Assembly (NCBI GenBank): GCA_013042315.1
Contig: JABDQM010000132.1
Span: 1-47,672 of the forward strand
Length of the DNA: 47,672 bases
Direction: 5' to 3'
Source: Flavobacteriaceae bacterium
GTDB lineage: Bacteria > Bacteroidota > Bacteroidia > Flavobacteriales > Flavobacteriaceae
Shown here: piece by piece, positions 9,464 to 18,925 of the stretch
Layout: every line of letters starts with the position of its first letter
Position numbering within the stretch: position 1 is the first letter of the stretch
Program-made: the position numbers and the translations under genes
The notes under the pieces: model-generated
Told to the model about the DNA's origin: nothing
What the model saw: only the letters and a program-made list of their open reading frames with translations
Database searches by the model: none

Positions 9464-9592
9464 ATGTCACAACACAAAAAATTCTGGAAGTTTGAACGAA
9501 AGGTCTACAGGTTCTTAATTATTCTGTGTACTATCGTTTTGGTGCTTGCTATTGTGGCCATTTACTTTTTCGAGGAGAAGGGAACAGATTAA
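9464..9592 (+). CDS. Putative 42-aa single-pass membrane small protein (not in ORF track)
   Basis: Translated by hand: MSQHKKFWKFERKVYRFLIILCTIVLVLAIVAIYFFEEKGTD*. Basic N-terminus, 20-residue hydrophobic helix, acidic tail; overlaps no other gene. Confidence 0.6.
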   Translation: MSQHKKFWKFERKVYRFLIILCTIVLVLAIVAIYFFEEKGTD

Positions 9593-9602
9593 ATTTTCGA
9601 AT

Positions 9603-10157
9603 TTAGACCTTCATGATCTCTGCTTCTTTCAGCTCGAGGATATGGTCAATCTTCGTCACGTAATTATCGGTGAGTTCCTGAATGTCGATGATGGCGTTTT
9701 TTTCCAGGTCCTCTGAGATATCGAGATTCTTAATTTCTTTATTGGCCTCTTGTCTGGCACTGCGAACGCTTACTTTGGCATCTTCAGCCTCAGCTTTGGC
9801 CTGCTTTACCAGTTGCAATCTTCTCTCTTCAGTAAGCGGCGGAACGTTGATAATAACAAAATCTCCGTTGTTCATGGGGTTGAATCCGAGATTAGCATTC
9901 ATAATTGCCGATTCAATAACCTGCAGCATACTCTTTTCCCAGGGCTGTACGGAGATCGTACGCGCATCAGGAGTATTGATATTTGAGACCTGAGAAAGCG
10001 GTGTTTGAGACCCGTAATAATCTACCATTACCGATGAGAGCATAGCAGGGCTTGCCTTCCCGGCGCGGATCTTAACAAGTTCTTTTTCCAGGTGCGAAAT
10101 GGCACCATCCATACTTTCTTTGGCTGAATCTACGACAAAACTAACCTCTTCGTTCAT
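9603..10157 (-). CDS. frr: Ribosome recycling factor
   Basis: KIRAGKASP, VDYYGSQTPL, NLGFNP and PPLTEERR motifs. Confidence 0.98.
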   Translation of the reverse strand: MNEEVSFVVDSAKESMDGAISHLEKELVKIRAGKASPAMLSSVMVDYYGSQTPLSQVSNINTPDARTISVQPWEKSMLQVIESAIMNANLGFNPMNNGDFVIINVPPLTEERRLQLVKQAKAEAEDAKVSVRSARQEANKEIKNLDISEDLEKNAIIDIQELTDNYVTKIDHILELKEAEIMKV

Positions 10158-10198
10158 AACCTGAATTTAAAAACAAAGTAACACAATTTTTTGAAAAA

Positions 10199-10906
10199 CT
10201 AAAGATTTACAACAGTACCAATATTTTGTCCTGACACGATCTTTAGGAGATTTCCTTTTTTGTTCATGTCGAACACCACGATTGGCAATTCATTTTCCTG
10301 ACTTAAAGTAAAAGCGGTAGTATCCATCACTTTTAATCCCTTTCTCAGCACATCGTTAAATGAGATCTTATCAAACTTAGTTGCTGTTTTGTCTTTTTCC
10401 GGATCACTGGTATAAATGCCGTCTACCCGTGTTCCCTTTAGAATTACATCGGCCTCAACCTCAATTGCCCTGAGCACAGCTGCAGAATCTGTGGTAAAAT
10501 AGGGATTGCCCGTACCTCCACCGAAGATGACAACTCTTCCTTTTTCCAAATGACGCATGGCACGCCTGCGGATAAATGGTTCGGCAACCTCGTTGATTTT
10601 GATAGCCGACTGCAGTCGGGTTTGAACCCCTTTGTCTTCAAGGGCACTCTGAAGGGCAAGACCGTTAATTACTGTGGCTAGCATCCCCATATGATCTCCT
10701 TGAACGCGATCCATGCCGTTGCTGGCACCCGCAAGACCCCGAAAGATGTTACCTCCCCCGATCACGATGGCAACCTGAACCCCCTTCTCTACTACTTCCT
10801 TGATTTCTTCCGCGTAAGCTGAGAGTCGGGTGGGATCAATACCATATTGCTTTTCTCCCATTAAGGCTTCCCCGCTTAGTTTGAGAAGAATTCGTTTGTA
10901 CGCCAT
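10199..10906 (-). CDS. pyrH: UMP kinase
   Basis: [42 protein letters not shown] at 10906 preferred because the upstream TTG lies inside the promoter box. Confidence 0.98.
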   Translation of the reverse strand: MAYKRILLKLSGEALMGEKQYGIDPTRLSAYAEEIKEVVEKGVQVAIVIGGGNIFRGLAGASNGMDRVQGDHMGMLATVINGLALQSALEDKGVQTRLQSAIKINEVAEPFIRRRAMRHLEKGRVVIFGGGTGNPYFTTDSAAVLRAIEVEADVILKGTRVDGIYTSDPEKDKTATKFDKISFNDVLRKGLKVMDTTAFTLSQENELPIVVFDMNKKGNLLKIVSGQNIGTVVNL

Positions 10907-10927
10907 TTTTTTAGTGTGATTTGCAGA

Positions 10928-10935
10928 CAAAAATA
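10928..10935 (-). promoter_or_regulatory. -7 promoter element for pyrH-frr
   Basis: TATTTTTG on the minus strand 21 nt upstream of the ATG. Confidence 0.65.
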
Positions 10936-11064
10936 GTTAAAATATTCGAGGCGAATCTGTTGGCCTTAATCCGATTTTCCAGATCTTGAACATTAAACTG
11001 ACATTCGATGTATAAAAGCATTTATGTTTTACCCTCTCCTTAAGACGAGCTTTTGGTTAGGGAC

Positions 11065-11097
11065 AAAAAAAACCGCCTTTAATTACAAAGGCGGTTT
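11065..11097 (-). terminator. Rho-independent terminator after tsf
   Basis: Perfect 11-bp stem AAACCGCCTTT/AAAGGCGGTTT with 6-nt loop; the plus-strand A-tract is a U-tract in the minus transcript. Confidence 0.9.
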
Positions 11098-11117
11098 AGA
11101 ATAAAAAAAACTTTTAG

Positions 11118-11942
11118 TTAGCCTAGAGCAACTCTTTCAAATCCGGTTACTTCCAAATTGGAATCAACAGATTTAACGTATTGAGCTACGCTCTTTTTAC
11201 TGTCTTTGATAAAATCCTGGTTCACCAAGGTATTGTCTTTAAAGAAGCGCTTGAGTTTCCCCTGTGCGATCTTGTCCAACATCTCTTCAGGCTTTCCTTC
11301 CTGCCTCAACTGATCTTTGGCGATTTCAATCTCTTTGTCGATAGTTTCCTGATCAACACCGGATTGATCCAGTGCAACAGGATTCATAGCAGCAGCCTGC
11401 ATAGCAACATCTTTGGCAGCTACATCTGCTCCATCAACGGCAGCCGATAATCCAACCAGTGTAGCAATTTTATTCCCTGCGTGGATGTAGGATCCTACAA
11501 AGGGTGCAGATAACTTCCTGAATCCACCTATTTCGATCTTTTCTCCAATTACTCCTGTTTGTTCGGTAAGTTTTTCCTGAACAGTAATTCCGTTGAAATT
11601 GGCCTGAAGAAAAGCGTCCTTATCATCGAATTGTAAAGCTACTTCTGCTAAATCTGTAGCCAGGTTTACAAAAGTCTCATTCTTCGCAACAAAGTCGGTT
11701 TCACAGTTCAGAGAGATGATTACTCCAGCCGTTTTATCGTCATTTACTTTGGCGATAGCGGCACCTTCTGAGGAATCCCTGTCGGCTCTCTTTGCGGCGA
11801 CTTTCTGTCCCTTTTTACGGAGGATCTCGATAGCTTTGTCGAAATCACCTTCGGCTTCAACCAAGGCGTTTTTACAATCCATCATTCCGGCTCCGGTGGT
11901 CTTTCTCAATGTATTTACGTCAGCGGCGGTAATTTTTACCAT
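11118..11942 (-). CDS. tsf: Translation elongation factor Ts
   Basis: LRKTTGAGMMDCKNAL and NCETDFVAK motifs; ATG at 11942 (or 11945) preferred over the ORF-track start. Confidence 0.98.
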   Translation of the reverse strand: MVKITAADVNTLRKTTGAGMMDCKNALVEAEGDFDKAIEILRKKGQKVAAKRADRDSSEGAAIAKVNDDKTAGVIISLNCETDFVAKNETFVNLATDLAEVALQFDDKDAFLQANFNGITVQEKLTEQTGVIGEKIEIGGFRKLSAPFVGSYIHAGNKIATLVGLSAAVDGADVAAKDVAMQAAAMNPVALDQSGVDQETIDKEIEIAKDQLRQEGKPEEMLDKIAQGKLKRFFKDNTLVNQDFIKDSKKSVAQYVKSVDSNLEVTGFERVALG

Positions 11943-11996
11943 CATAATATTGTTTTTTGAATTGCCAATTCTTGACAATCTGTATGTTATTTTAAT

Positions 11997-13130
11997 TTAT
12001 TCAACTCCAGCTTTGGTGTTGTCCTGCCATTCTTTTAATTCATCCCATTTGCCATCAGCGGCCATCTTTGCCTGCTTGGGCCAAGATGCCGGGTTTTTTG
12101 AAGCATAGCGTGAGCCTGCATCCGCGAGGATGGTCTTAAGATCCTCTTCAGACTTTTCGGCCAACTCTGCAAAAGAGTTGATTCCGGCCTTATTAAAGAC
12201 CTCAGAAATTTTTGGACCAATGCCTTCAACTTTTGTCAGATCATCAGCTGCTGCCTTTTTTGCTTTTTTAGGAGCTTCTTTCTTGGGAGCTGCTTCCTTT
12301 TCATCGGCAACCTTCTCAGCTTTTGGTGCTGCTTTAGCTTTAGGTGCTTTCTCTACTTCTTCCTTGACGGCCTCAGTTTCTTTCTTTTTAGCCTTAGGAG
12401 CTTTTGCTTCTTTTCCTTCGCTGGCAGCTTGTTTTTCTGATTTACGTTCAGTTAAACCTTCTGCAACCGCATTGGTTACATGACTCATGATAATTTCGAT
12501 CGATTTTGATGCGTCGTCGTTAGAAGGGATCACAAAGTCGATTGGCCGCGGGTCAGAATTCGTATCTACCATAGCGAAGATCGGGATGTTCAATTTCTGA
12601 GCTTCTTTTACGGCGATATGCTCACGCATTGTATCGACGATAAAAAGTGCACCGGGAAGTCTGGTCATTTCAGAAATTGATCCGAGGTTTTTTTCAAGCT
12701 TCGCACGAAGACGATCAACCTGTAAACGCTCTTTCTTAGAGAGGGTATTAAAAGTACCGTCCTTTTTCATCCGGTCAATGGAGGCCATCTTTTTCACCGC
12801 CTTACGGATGGTAACAAAGTTGGTTAACATTCCACCTGGCCATCTTTCAGTAATATAAGGCATATTCACATTCGCTACCTTTTCTGCAACGATGTCCTTA
12901 GCCTGCTTTTTAGTGGCTACAAATAAAATTTTCCTTCCGGATGCAGCAATTTTCTTTAAAGCTTCTGAGGCTTCTTCGAGTTTAGCTGTGGTTTTGTAGA
13001 GGTTGATAACATGGATCCCGTTGCGCTCCATATAAATATACGGGGCCATATTGGGATTCCATTTTCTTGTGAGGTGACCGAAGTGTACACCTGCTTCTAA
13101 AAGATCTTTTACTTCTGCTTTTTTTGCCAT
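11997..13130 (-). CDS. rpsB: 30S ribosomal protein S2 with K/A/E-rich linker and C-terminal HhH (DUF4332-like) domain
   Basis: LLEAGVHFGH, RWPGGMLTNF, VDTNSDP, PSNDDA; about 150 extra C-terminal residues including DDLTKVEGIGPK. Confidence 0.98.
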   Translation of the reverse strand: MAKKAEVKDLLEAGVHFGHLTRKWNPNMAPYIYMERNGIHVINLYKTTAKLEEASEALKKIAASGRKILFVATKKQAKDIVAEKVANVNMPYITERWPGGMLTNFVTIRKAVKKMASIDRMKKDGTFNTLSKKERLQVDRLRAKLEKNLGSISEMTRLPGALFIVDTMREHIAVKEAQKLNIPIFAMVDTNSDPRPIDFVIPSNDDASKSIEIIMSHVTNAVAEGLTERKSEKQAASEGKEAKAPKAKKKETEAVKEEVEKAPKAKAAPKAEKVADEKEAAPKKEAPKKAKKAAADDLTKVEGIGPKISEVFNKAGINSFAELAEKSEEDLKTILADAGSRYASKNPASWPKQAKMAADGKWDELKEWQDNTKAGVE

Positions 13131-13135
13131 TTTAA

Positions 13136-13216
13136 TTAGTTTACGTTCTTATGAATTAGCAATGACCGAGTGGTTTTCTGAAACAGAAAGCCTCGATCAT
13201 TTAGATGCTAAACTAA
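13136..13216 (-). promoter_or_regulatory. Structured RNA leader upstream of rpsB (candidate S2 autogenous operator)
   Basis: Nested inverted repeats on the minus strand: TTAGCA/TGCTAA, ATGATCGAG/CTCGGTCAT (one G-U), TTTCTG/CAGAAA, plus TTAGTTTA/TAAACTAA ending 5 nt before the ATG. Confidence 0.65.
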
Positions 13217-13347
13217 ATTTTTCCAAATCTCACCTTAATTTATTAAGGTTTAAGAGGGGATTCAGAATTTTAATTGTCCCATGACGAGGGACTTTCAATG
13301 AACTTGGGTTACTCTATATATGCTCCAATGAGCACGTTTTAATACTA

Positions 13348-13734
13348 TTATCGTTTCGAGAACTGGAATTTCTTACGGGCTTTTTTCTGTCCGTATTTCT
13401 TCCGTTCCACCATTCTTGGATCTCTGGTTAAGAGCCCTTCTGGTTTTAATGTCAGTCTGTGTTCAGCGTCAATTTCACAAAGTGCCCTTGACAATGCAAG
13501 TCTGATTGCCTCAGCCTGGCCGGTGATTCCACCTCCGTATACATTGACTTTAACATCATAGTTATCTTCATTATTAGTAATAGCAAAAGGCTGCTTTACT
13601 TTATACTGAAGAGTAGCGGTTGGAAAGTACTCGGTGAGATCTCGTTTGTTTATTGAAATCGCCCCCTTACCCTTAGAAAGATATACTCGGGCTACAGCCG
13701 TTTTCCTTCTGCCAATTTTATGAACTACATCCAT
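13348..13734 (-). CDS. rpsI: 30S ribosomal protein S9
   Basis: [35 protein letters not shown]...QFSKR. Confidence 0.99.
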   Translation of the reverse strand: MDVVHKIGRRKTAVARVYLSKGKGAISINKRDLTEYFPTATLQYKVKQPFAITNNEDNYDVKVNVYGGGITGQAEAIRLALSRALCEIDAEHRLTLKPEGLLTRDPRMVERKKYGQKKARKKFQFSKR

Positions 13735-14189
13735 TATTTAAGATCGTTAAGTTTTATAGTTGTTGGTTTCTGTGCCTCTTGCTGGTGTTCAGCACCTGCG
13801 TAAACTTTGAGGTTTCTGAATAATTCAGCTCCTAATTTGTTTTTGGGAAGCATGCCTTTCACAGCTCTTTCAACCACCGAAGCAGGATTTTTTGCCTTCA
13901 GTTCTTCAGCAGTCATGGAACGCTGACCACCAGGGTATCCTGTGTGTCTGATATAGGTCTTGTCCTCCCATTTGTTACCCGACAACTGTACTTTTTCAGC
14001 GTTTATAATAATCACATTATCCCCACAATCCACATGAGGAGTGAAGTTGGGCTTGTTCTTCCCTCTCAGAATAATAGCCACTTTAGAGGCTAGTCTTCCG
14101 AGCGTTTGTCCATCCGCATCTACCAGCAACCATTGCTTTTGAACGGTAGCCTTATTAGCTGAAACAGTCTTGTAGCTCAATGTATCCAC
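13734..14189 (-). CDS. rplM: 50S ribosomal protein L13 (GTG start)
   Basis: [32 protein letters not shown]; stop overlaps the rpsI start (TAATG). Confidence 0.99.
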   Translation of the reverse strand: MDTLSYKTVSANKATVQKQWLLVDADGQTLGRLASKVAIILRGKNKPNFTPHVDCGDNVIIINAEKVQLSGNKWEDKTYIRHTGYPGGQRSMTAEELKAKNPASVVERAVKGMLPKNKLGAELFRNLKVYAGAEHQQEAQKPTTIKLNDLK

Positions 14190-14237
14190 TACGATTTAAT
14201 TTAAGAATTAAACTTTTCCTTCCCGAATAACGGGCTG

Positions 14238-14268
14238 CAAATGTACAATTATTAAGTTGAATTACAAA
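14238..14268 (-). promoter_or_regulatory. Canonical Bacteroidota sigmaA promoter for rplM-rpsI-rpsB-tsf
   Basis: Minus strand reads TTTG-N19-TACATTTG (-33/-7 consensus). Confidence 0.85.
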
Positions 14269-14421
14269 TGGTTGTTTTCTACTTTTTAATTTTTTTTTCG
14301 ACTTTCAGCTAGCTGAAATACAAGAGAAAAACAAAAGAAGAATTCATCATCCGTATAGTGTCTGTCTCTTTTGATATACTTTTCCCGTGAAATGTTCGTT
14401 TTTAGGAGTAGATAAAACATA

Positions 14422-14925
14422 ATGATGATGAGAAATACTCTTGTACTTTTCTTAGTAGGCGGATTGATACTAGTTTCGTGTTCAACAGATAAGATGGATG
14501 GAACATCGGCTGACGCCATTGTGGGAACATGGGATCTAACCGCCCTTGATATAGATCAGCAAACAGCAAGTGATGAGGAAGAATTCGGACAGGTAATTCT
14601 CAGTGAACTATCTGCTGAGAATTGCTACCTGGTAAGCCTTACCTTTAATCAGGATCTTAGCCTGATTACAGAGGATGCTTCCAATTATCTCGAAATCGGA
14701 GTCAATGCAGGAGGCACAGGATTAGAAGTTCCTTGTCCTTCTCAGAGGGATACGGAAACGACTACCTACACTTATTCTGACGGAGTCTTAACCTTTGTGG
14801 ACGAAAACCAGGCCACAGTATCTTTAAATGTCAGCATCGATGGTGGCACAATGATTATCTCCGCTCAGGAACTCGATGTTGAAAATTTCAACGCAGGAGG
14901 GGAACTGATCTTTTCCAGAAGATAA
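14422..14925 (+). CDS. Lipoprotein with lipocalin-like domain
   Basis: Lipobox LVS-C, IVGTW lipocalin-like start motif, beta-rich acidic sequence. Confidence 0.75.
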   Translation: MMMRNTLVLFLVGGLILVSCSTDKMDGTSADAIVGTWDLTALDIDQQTASDEEEFGQVILSELSAENCYLVSLTFNQDLSLITEDASNYLEIGVNAGGTGLEVPCPSQRDTETTTYTYSDGVLTFVDENQATVSLNVSIDGGTMIISAQELDVENFNAGGELIFSRR

Positions 14926-14949
14926 TTCAATTGAAAGCATAGAATAAAT

Positions 14950-14977
14950 AAGCCCTTCGTAAATGCGAAGGGCTTTT
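14950..14977. terminator. Terminator hairpin between the convergent lipoprotein gene and polA
   Basis: Stem AAGCCCTTCG/CGAAGGGCTT with 6-nt loop and A/T-rich flanks. Confidence 0.85.
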
Positions 14978-14998
14978 GTATTTCCTAAAAAGAGAAAA

Positions 14999-17833
14999 CT
15001 AATGTGCCTCGAGCCAGTTTTCACCAACACCCAGTTCTACATCCAGAGGGACTTTGAGTTTATAGGCAGATTCCATGGAAGTCTTGATCATTTTTTTCAC
15101 CTTCTCCAATTCGGGCTTAAAAACATCAAAAACTAATTCATCGTGTACCTGCAGCAACATTTTAGTCTTGTAGTTCCCATCCTCTAATTTCTTGTGGATA
15201 TCGATCATGGCTATCTTAATGATATCTGCTGCACTACCCTGGATTGGGGCATTGATTGCATTTCTTTCTGCAGCGCCCCTAACAACAGCATTGCTACCGT
15301 TGATATCCTTCAGGTATCGGCGTCGGCCCAGTACTGTTTGTACGTAGCCGTGTTCCCTGGCAAAATCAACCTGATCGGCCATATACCTTCGCAATTTCGG
15401 ATAGGTCTTATAATAGGTGTCTATGAGTTCTTTAGCTTCTGTCCTGGAGAGATCGGTCTGATTACTCAACCCAAAAGCCGATACTCCGTATATGATGCCG
15501 AAATTTACCGTTTTTGCATTTCCTCTTTGCTCACGAGTCACTTCGCTTAATGGAATATTAAAGACCTTAGATGCCGTTGAAGCATGGATATCCTCTCCGT
15601 TTTTAAACGCTTCAATCATAGTGTCCTCATCACTGAGGGCTGCAATGATTCTCAGTTCTATCTGGGAATAATCCGCAGCAAGCAGGGTATAATTCTCATC
15701 TCTGGGCACAAATGCCTTCCTTACCTGCCTTCCTCGTTCTGTGCGAATGGGGATATTCTGCAAATTAGGGTTGTTACTGCTGAGTCGGCCTGTAGCTGCC
15801 ACCGTCTGCATGTAATCGGTATGGACTCTGCCTGTGCTTGCCTCAACCTGGTTGGGCAAAGCGTCTACATAGGTGCTTTTTAATTTGGCCAAACCACGGT
15901 ACTCTAGCACATCTCTTATGATCTGGTGATCTTTGGCCAAATAGGATAATACATCTTCTGCCGTTGAATACTGCCCGGTTTTGGTCTTTTTAGGCTTATC
16001 TACCAATTTTAACTTGTCGAAGAGAATTTCTCCCAGTTGTTTAGGAGAACCGATATTAAAAGTTTCTCCGGCCTCTTCATAAATCTTTTCTTCAAGTGTA
16101 TTGATATCAGAATTCAATTGCTCCGATAAACTATTGAGGAACGCATGATCCAGATTAATGCCTTCCATTTCCATATCGGCCAACACCCGTAAAAGGGGAA
16201 TCTCGATATCCTGGAAGAGTTCCATCGTATTAGCCTCCTTTAATTCCTTTTGAAAATGCTGGGCCAGTTGCAGGGTAATATCGGCGTCTTCCACTGCGTA
16301 TTCTGTCTGCTGTTCCAAAGGAACGTCACGCATGCTAAGCTGGTTTTTGCCTTTCTTGCCTATTAATTCGGTGATTGAAACAGGAGTATAATCGAGATAG
16401 GTTTCGGAGAGCACATCCATGTTATGTCGCATATCCGGATTGATAAGGTAATGGGCGAGCATAGTGTCAAAAAGCGGGCCTTTAACATCTACGCCGTACT
16501 TCTGCAGTACTTTGATATCGTATTTAAGATTCTGCCCTACTTTTTCTATTTCTGTGGAAGAGAAGAAAGGATTGAGCTTTTCCAGCAAGGCATCGGCTTC
16601 TTTTCTCTCCTCGGGAAATGGCAGGTAAAATCCTTTGCCGGCCTCCCAGGAAAATGCAATTCCAACTAATTCGGCCTGCAGAGGATTCAGCGAGGTAGTT
16701 TCGGTGTCGAAACACACTTTGTTTTGTTTGATGAGATTCGATAGAAATAATTCAAGAGCCATTCCGGGCTGAATACTCTGATAGACATGTGGTATATCTT
16801 TGATCGTTTTTCTACCGGAAACCACGTCAAGAGTGGCCGCATCTGAACCATTATTGCCGAAGAGCGTAAACTGTCCGCTTCCGGCAGCCTGTGCTTCCTG
16901 TTTTGCTGTCTCTGTGCTGGTCACCATGGTTGGGGTCCCTTCGGTCTCACCGGAAAATATTTTGATGAATTGCTCCCGAAGCCTTCGAAATTCGAGCTCT
17001 TCAAAGATCTCCTGTACCTTTTCATTATCAGGCATTGAGAGTTCGTAGTCCTTGGCATCAAAGTTTACGTCGCAAGTAATGCAAATGGTCGCCAGTTGTT
17101 TTGAGAGTCGACCTAATTCCGCATTTTCTTCCACTTTCTCCTTCATTTTGCCTTTCAGCTGGTCCGTACTATCCAGAAGGGTTTCCATGGTACCAAATTG
17201 CTCGATAAATTTCTTGGCGGTTTTTTCACCAACTCCGGGCAGACCGGGAATATTGTCACTTGCATCGCCCATCATTCCCAGATAGTCTGTGACCTGCTCA
17301 GGTCGCTCTACGCCAAATCTTTTTTGAACTTCGGGAATTCCCCAGATCTCAATGCCATTCCCCATTCTTGAGGGGCGATACATAAAGATATTTTCAGATA
17401 CCAGCTGTCCGAAATCCTTATCCGGAGTGACCATAAATACCTTATATCCTTCTTTTTCGGCTTGTTTAGCCAGCGTACCGATAATATCATCCGCCTCAAG
17501 CCCCGACACTTCCACACTGGGAATATGCATTGCTTTTAAGATCTTCTGAATAAAGGGTACGGCTATTTTTATGGCGTCGGGCGTCTCATCCCTGTTGGCT
17601 TTATATTCGGGGTACAATTCGGTTCTTTCCGCGCTGCCGTCCTTGTCAAAACACACAGCGAGGTGATCGGGTTTTTCCCTTTTGATCACATCGAAAAGAG
17701 AATTCATAAAGCCCATGATGGCAGAGGTATCCATCCCTTTAGAATTGATCCTGGGGTTCTTGATCAAAGCGTAATAACCCCTGAAGATTAACGCATAGGC
17801 GTCGAGTAAAAAAAGTCGTTTCTGGTCGGACAT
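14999..17833 (-). CDS. polA: DNA polymerase I
   Basis: 5'-3' exonuclease (EADDIIG, DNIPGLPGVGEKTA), intact 3'-5' exonuclease motifs (FDTETT, NLKYD, YAVED), polymerase motifs ADYSQIELR, KTVNFGIIYG, QVHDEL. Confidence 0.99.
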   Translation of the reverse strand: MSDQKRLFLLDAYALIFRGYYALIKNPRINSKGMDTSAIMGFMNSLFDVIKREKPDHLAVCFDKDGSAERTELYPEYKANRDETPDAIKIAVPFIQKILKAMHIPSVEVSGLEADDIIGTLAKQAEKEGYKVFMVTPDKDFGQLVSENIFMYRPSRMGNGIEIWGIPEVQKRFGVERPEQVTDYLGMMGDASDNIPGLPGVGEKTAKKFIEQFGTMETLLDSTDQLKGKMKEKVEENAELGRLSKQLATICITCDVNFDAKDYELSMPDNEKVQEIFEELEFRRLREQFIKIFSGETEGTPTMVTSTETAKQEAQAAGSGQFTLFGNNGSDAATLDVVSGRKTIKDIPHVYQSIQPGMALELFLSNLIKQNKVCFDTETTSLNPLQAELVGIAFSWEAGKGFYLPFPEERKEADALLEKLNPFFSSTEIEKVGQNLKYDIKVLQKYGVDVKGPLFDTMLAHYLINPDMRHNMDVLSETYLDYTPVSITELIGKKGKNQLSMRDVPLEQQTEYAVEDADITLQLAQHFQKELKEANTMELFQDIEIPLLRVLADMEMEGINLDHAFLNSLSEQLNSDINTLEEKIYEEAGETFNIGSPKQLGEILFDKLKLVDKPKKTKTGQYSTAEDVLSYLAKDHQIIRDVLEYRGLAKLKSTYVDALPNQVEASTGRVHTDYMQTVAATGRLSSNNPNLQNIPIRTERGRQVRKAFVPRDENYTLLAADYSQIELRIIAALSDEDTMIEAFKNGEDIHASTASKVFNIPLSEVTREQRGNAKTVNFGIIYGVSAFGLSNQTDLSRTEAKELIDTYYKTYPKLRRYMADQVDFAREHGYVQTVLGRRRYLKDINGSNAVVRGAAERNAINAPIQGSAADIIKIAMIDIHKKLEDGNYKTKMLLQVHDELVFDVFKPELEKVKKMIKTSMESAYKLKVPLDVELGVGENWLEAH

Positions 17834-17856
17834 AAATCAATTTTTAGACAAGAATT

Positions 17857-17864
17857 CAAAGCTA
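17857..17864 (-). promoter_or_regulatory. -7 promoter element for polA
   Basis: TAGCTTTG on the minus strand 23 nt upstream of the ATG. Confidence 0.6.
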
Positions 17865-17890
17865 CAAAGAATCTAAGCCATCTTAAAGGA

Positions 17891-18883
17891 TCAGTTTTTA
17901 ATATAACTCTCGGCCGGGATGTTTTGATGTCCCTCTTCCGTGTATTTGCGATATGAAAACCCCGGATGAATACAATATGCACCGGTCTCCCCGGACTTGT
18001 TTATCGCTATAAAACCAATCTGGATATCTCTGTAATTCTCCTTTTTGGCAATTATTCGTTTCACTCCCTCCTCACAGGCTTCCTGTGGCGACTTGCCTTG
18101 CCTCATTAATTCCACAATAAGAAAGCTGCCTACGGTGCGTACTACCTCTTCGCCCATACCAGTGGCCGTGGCTCCACCTATTTCATTATCTACGAAAAGC
18201 CCTGCGCCAATTATGGGAGAATCACCTACCCGTCCTGCCATTTTATAGGCCATCCCACTGGTTGTACAGGCCCCTGCTATATCCCCGTCAGAATCGATAG
18301 CCAGCATGCCTATGGTATCGTGATTTTCAATATTGATCACGGGTTCGTACCTGGAAGTTGTTTTCCATTCGTCCCATTCCTTTTTTGACTTTTCCGTTAA
18401 AAGTTGTTCTTCGGGGAAACCCATTTCCAGGGCGAATTGCCTGGCACCATCACCGGCAAGTATCACATGGGGGGTTTCTTCCATAACCTTACGCGCCACC
18501 GAAACCGCATGGACAACATCCTGTAGGTATACTACCGCCCCGCATCGACTTTTCTTATCCATGATACAGGCATCGAGAGTTACTTTCCCGTCCCTGTCTG
18601 GTCTGCCTCCCTTGCCAACTGATTGGTTAGTCTCGTCTGCCTCTTCTACCATGACCCCTTGCTCAACGGCATCCAGTGAATTTCCTTCCCCCATCAGAAC
18701 ATCAAAGGCTTTAGCGGTGGCGTTGGGAACATCCCAGGTAGCGATGACAATCGGTTTCTTTGTGCTTAGATTTGCTGTAACTGTCTGAGTTTTACTTTCA
18801 GGTCCACATGAAGCAGCTAACGAGCTACCTATCAGAGCAGCGCCTCCAAGGCTTGAGTTTTTTAAGAACTTTCTTCTTTTCAT
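17891..18883 (-). CDS. N(4)-(beta-N-acetylglucosaminyl)-L-asparaginase (glycosylasparaginase, Ntn hydrolase), probable Tat-exported lipoprotein
   Basis: KRRKFLK twin-arginine signal with AAS-C lipobox; ATW motif; autocleavage site NHD/TIGM; TTSG and GRVGDSPIIGAG motifs. Confidence 0.88.
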   Translation of the reverse strand: MKRRKFLKNSSLGGAALIGSSLAASCGPESKTQTVTANLSTKKPIVIATWDVPNATAKAFDVLMGEGNSLDAVEQGVMVEEADETNQSVGKGGRPDRDGKVTLDACIMDKKSRCGAVVYLQDVVHAVSVARKVMEETPHVILAGDGARQFALEMGFPEEQLLTEKSKKEWDEWKTTSRYEPVINIENHDTIGMLAIDSDGDIAGACTTSGMAYKMAGRVGDSPIIGAGLFVDNEIGGATATGMGEEVVRTVGSFLIVELMRQGKSPQEACEEGVKRIIAKKENYRDIQIGFIAINKSGETGAYCIHPGFSYRKYTEEGHQNIPAESYIKN

Positions 18884-18925
18884 ACATTGAGGTTGATTAC
18901 TTTTATAAGCTTAAAGATAGGGAAT

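Noticed and set aside
13232-13292. Small hairpins in the distal rpsI-rpsB spacer (ACCTTAAT/ATTAAGGT and GTCCC/GGGAC)
   Set aside because: Short or AT-rich stems without U-tracts; not distinguishable from chance without covariation data.
14286-14519. 77-aa minus-strand ORF upstream of rplM
   Set aside because: Overlaps the lipoprotein gene antisense and has no protein-like features.
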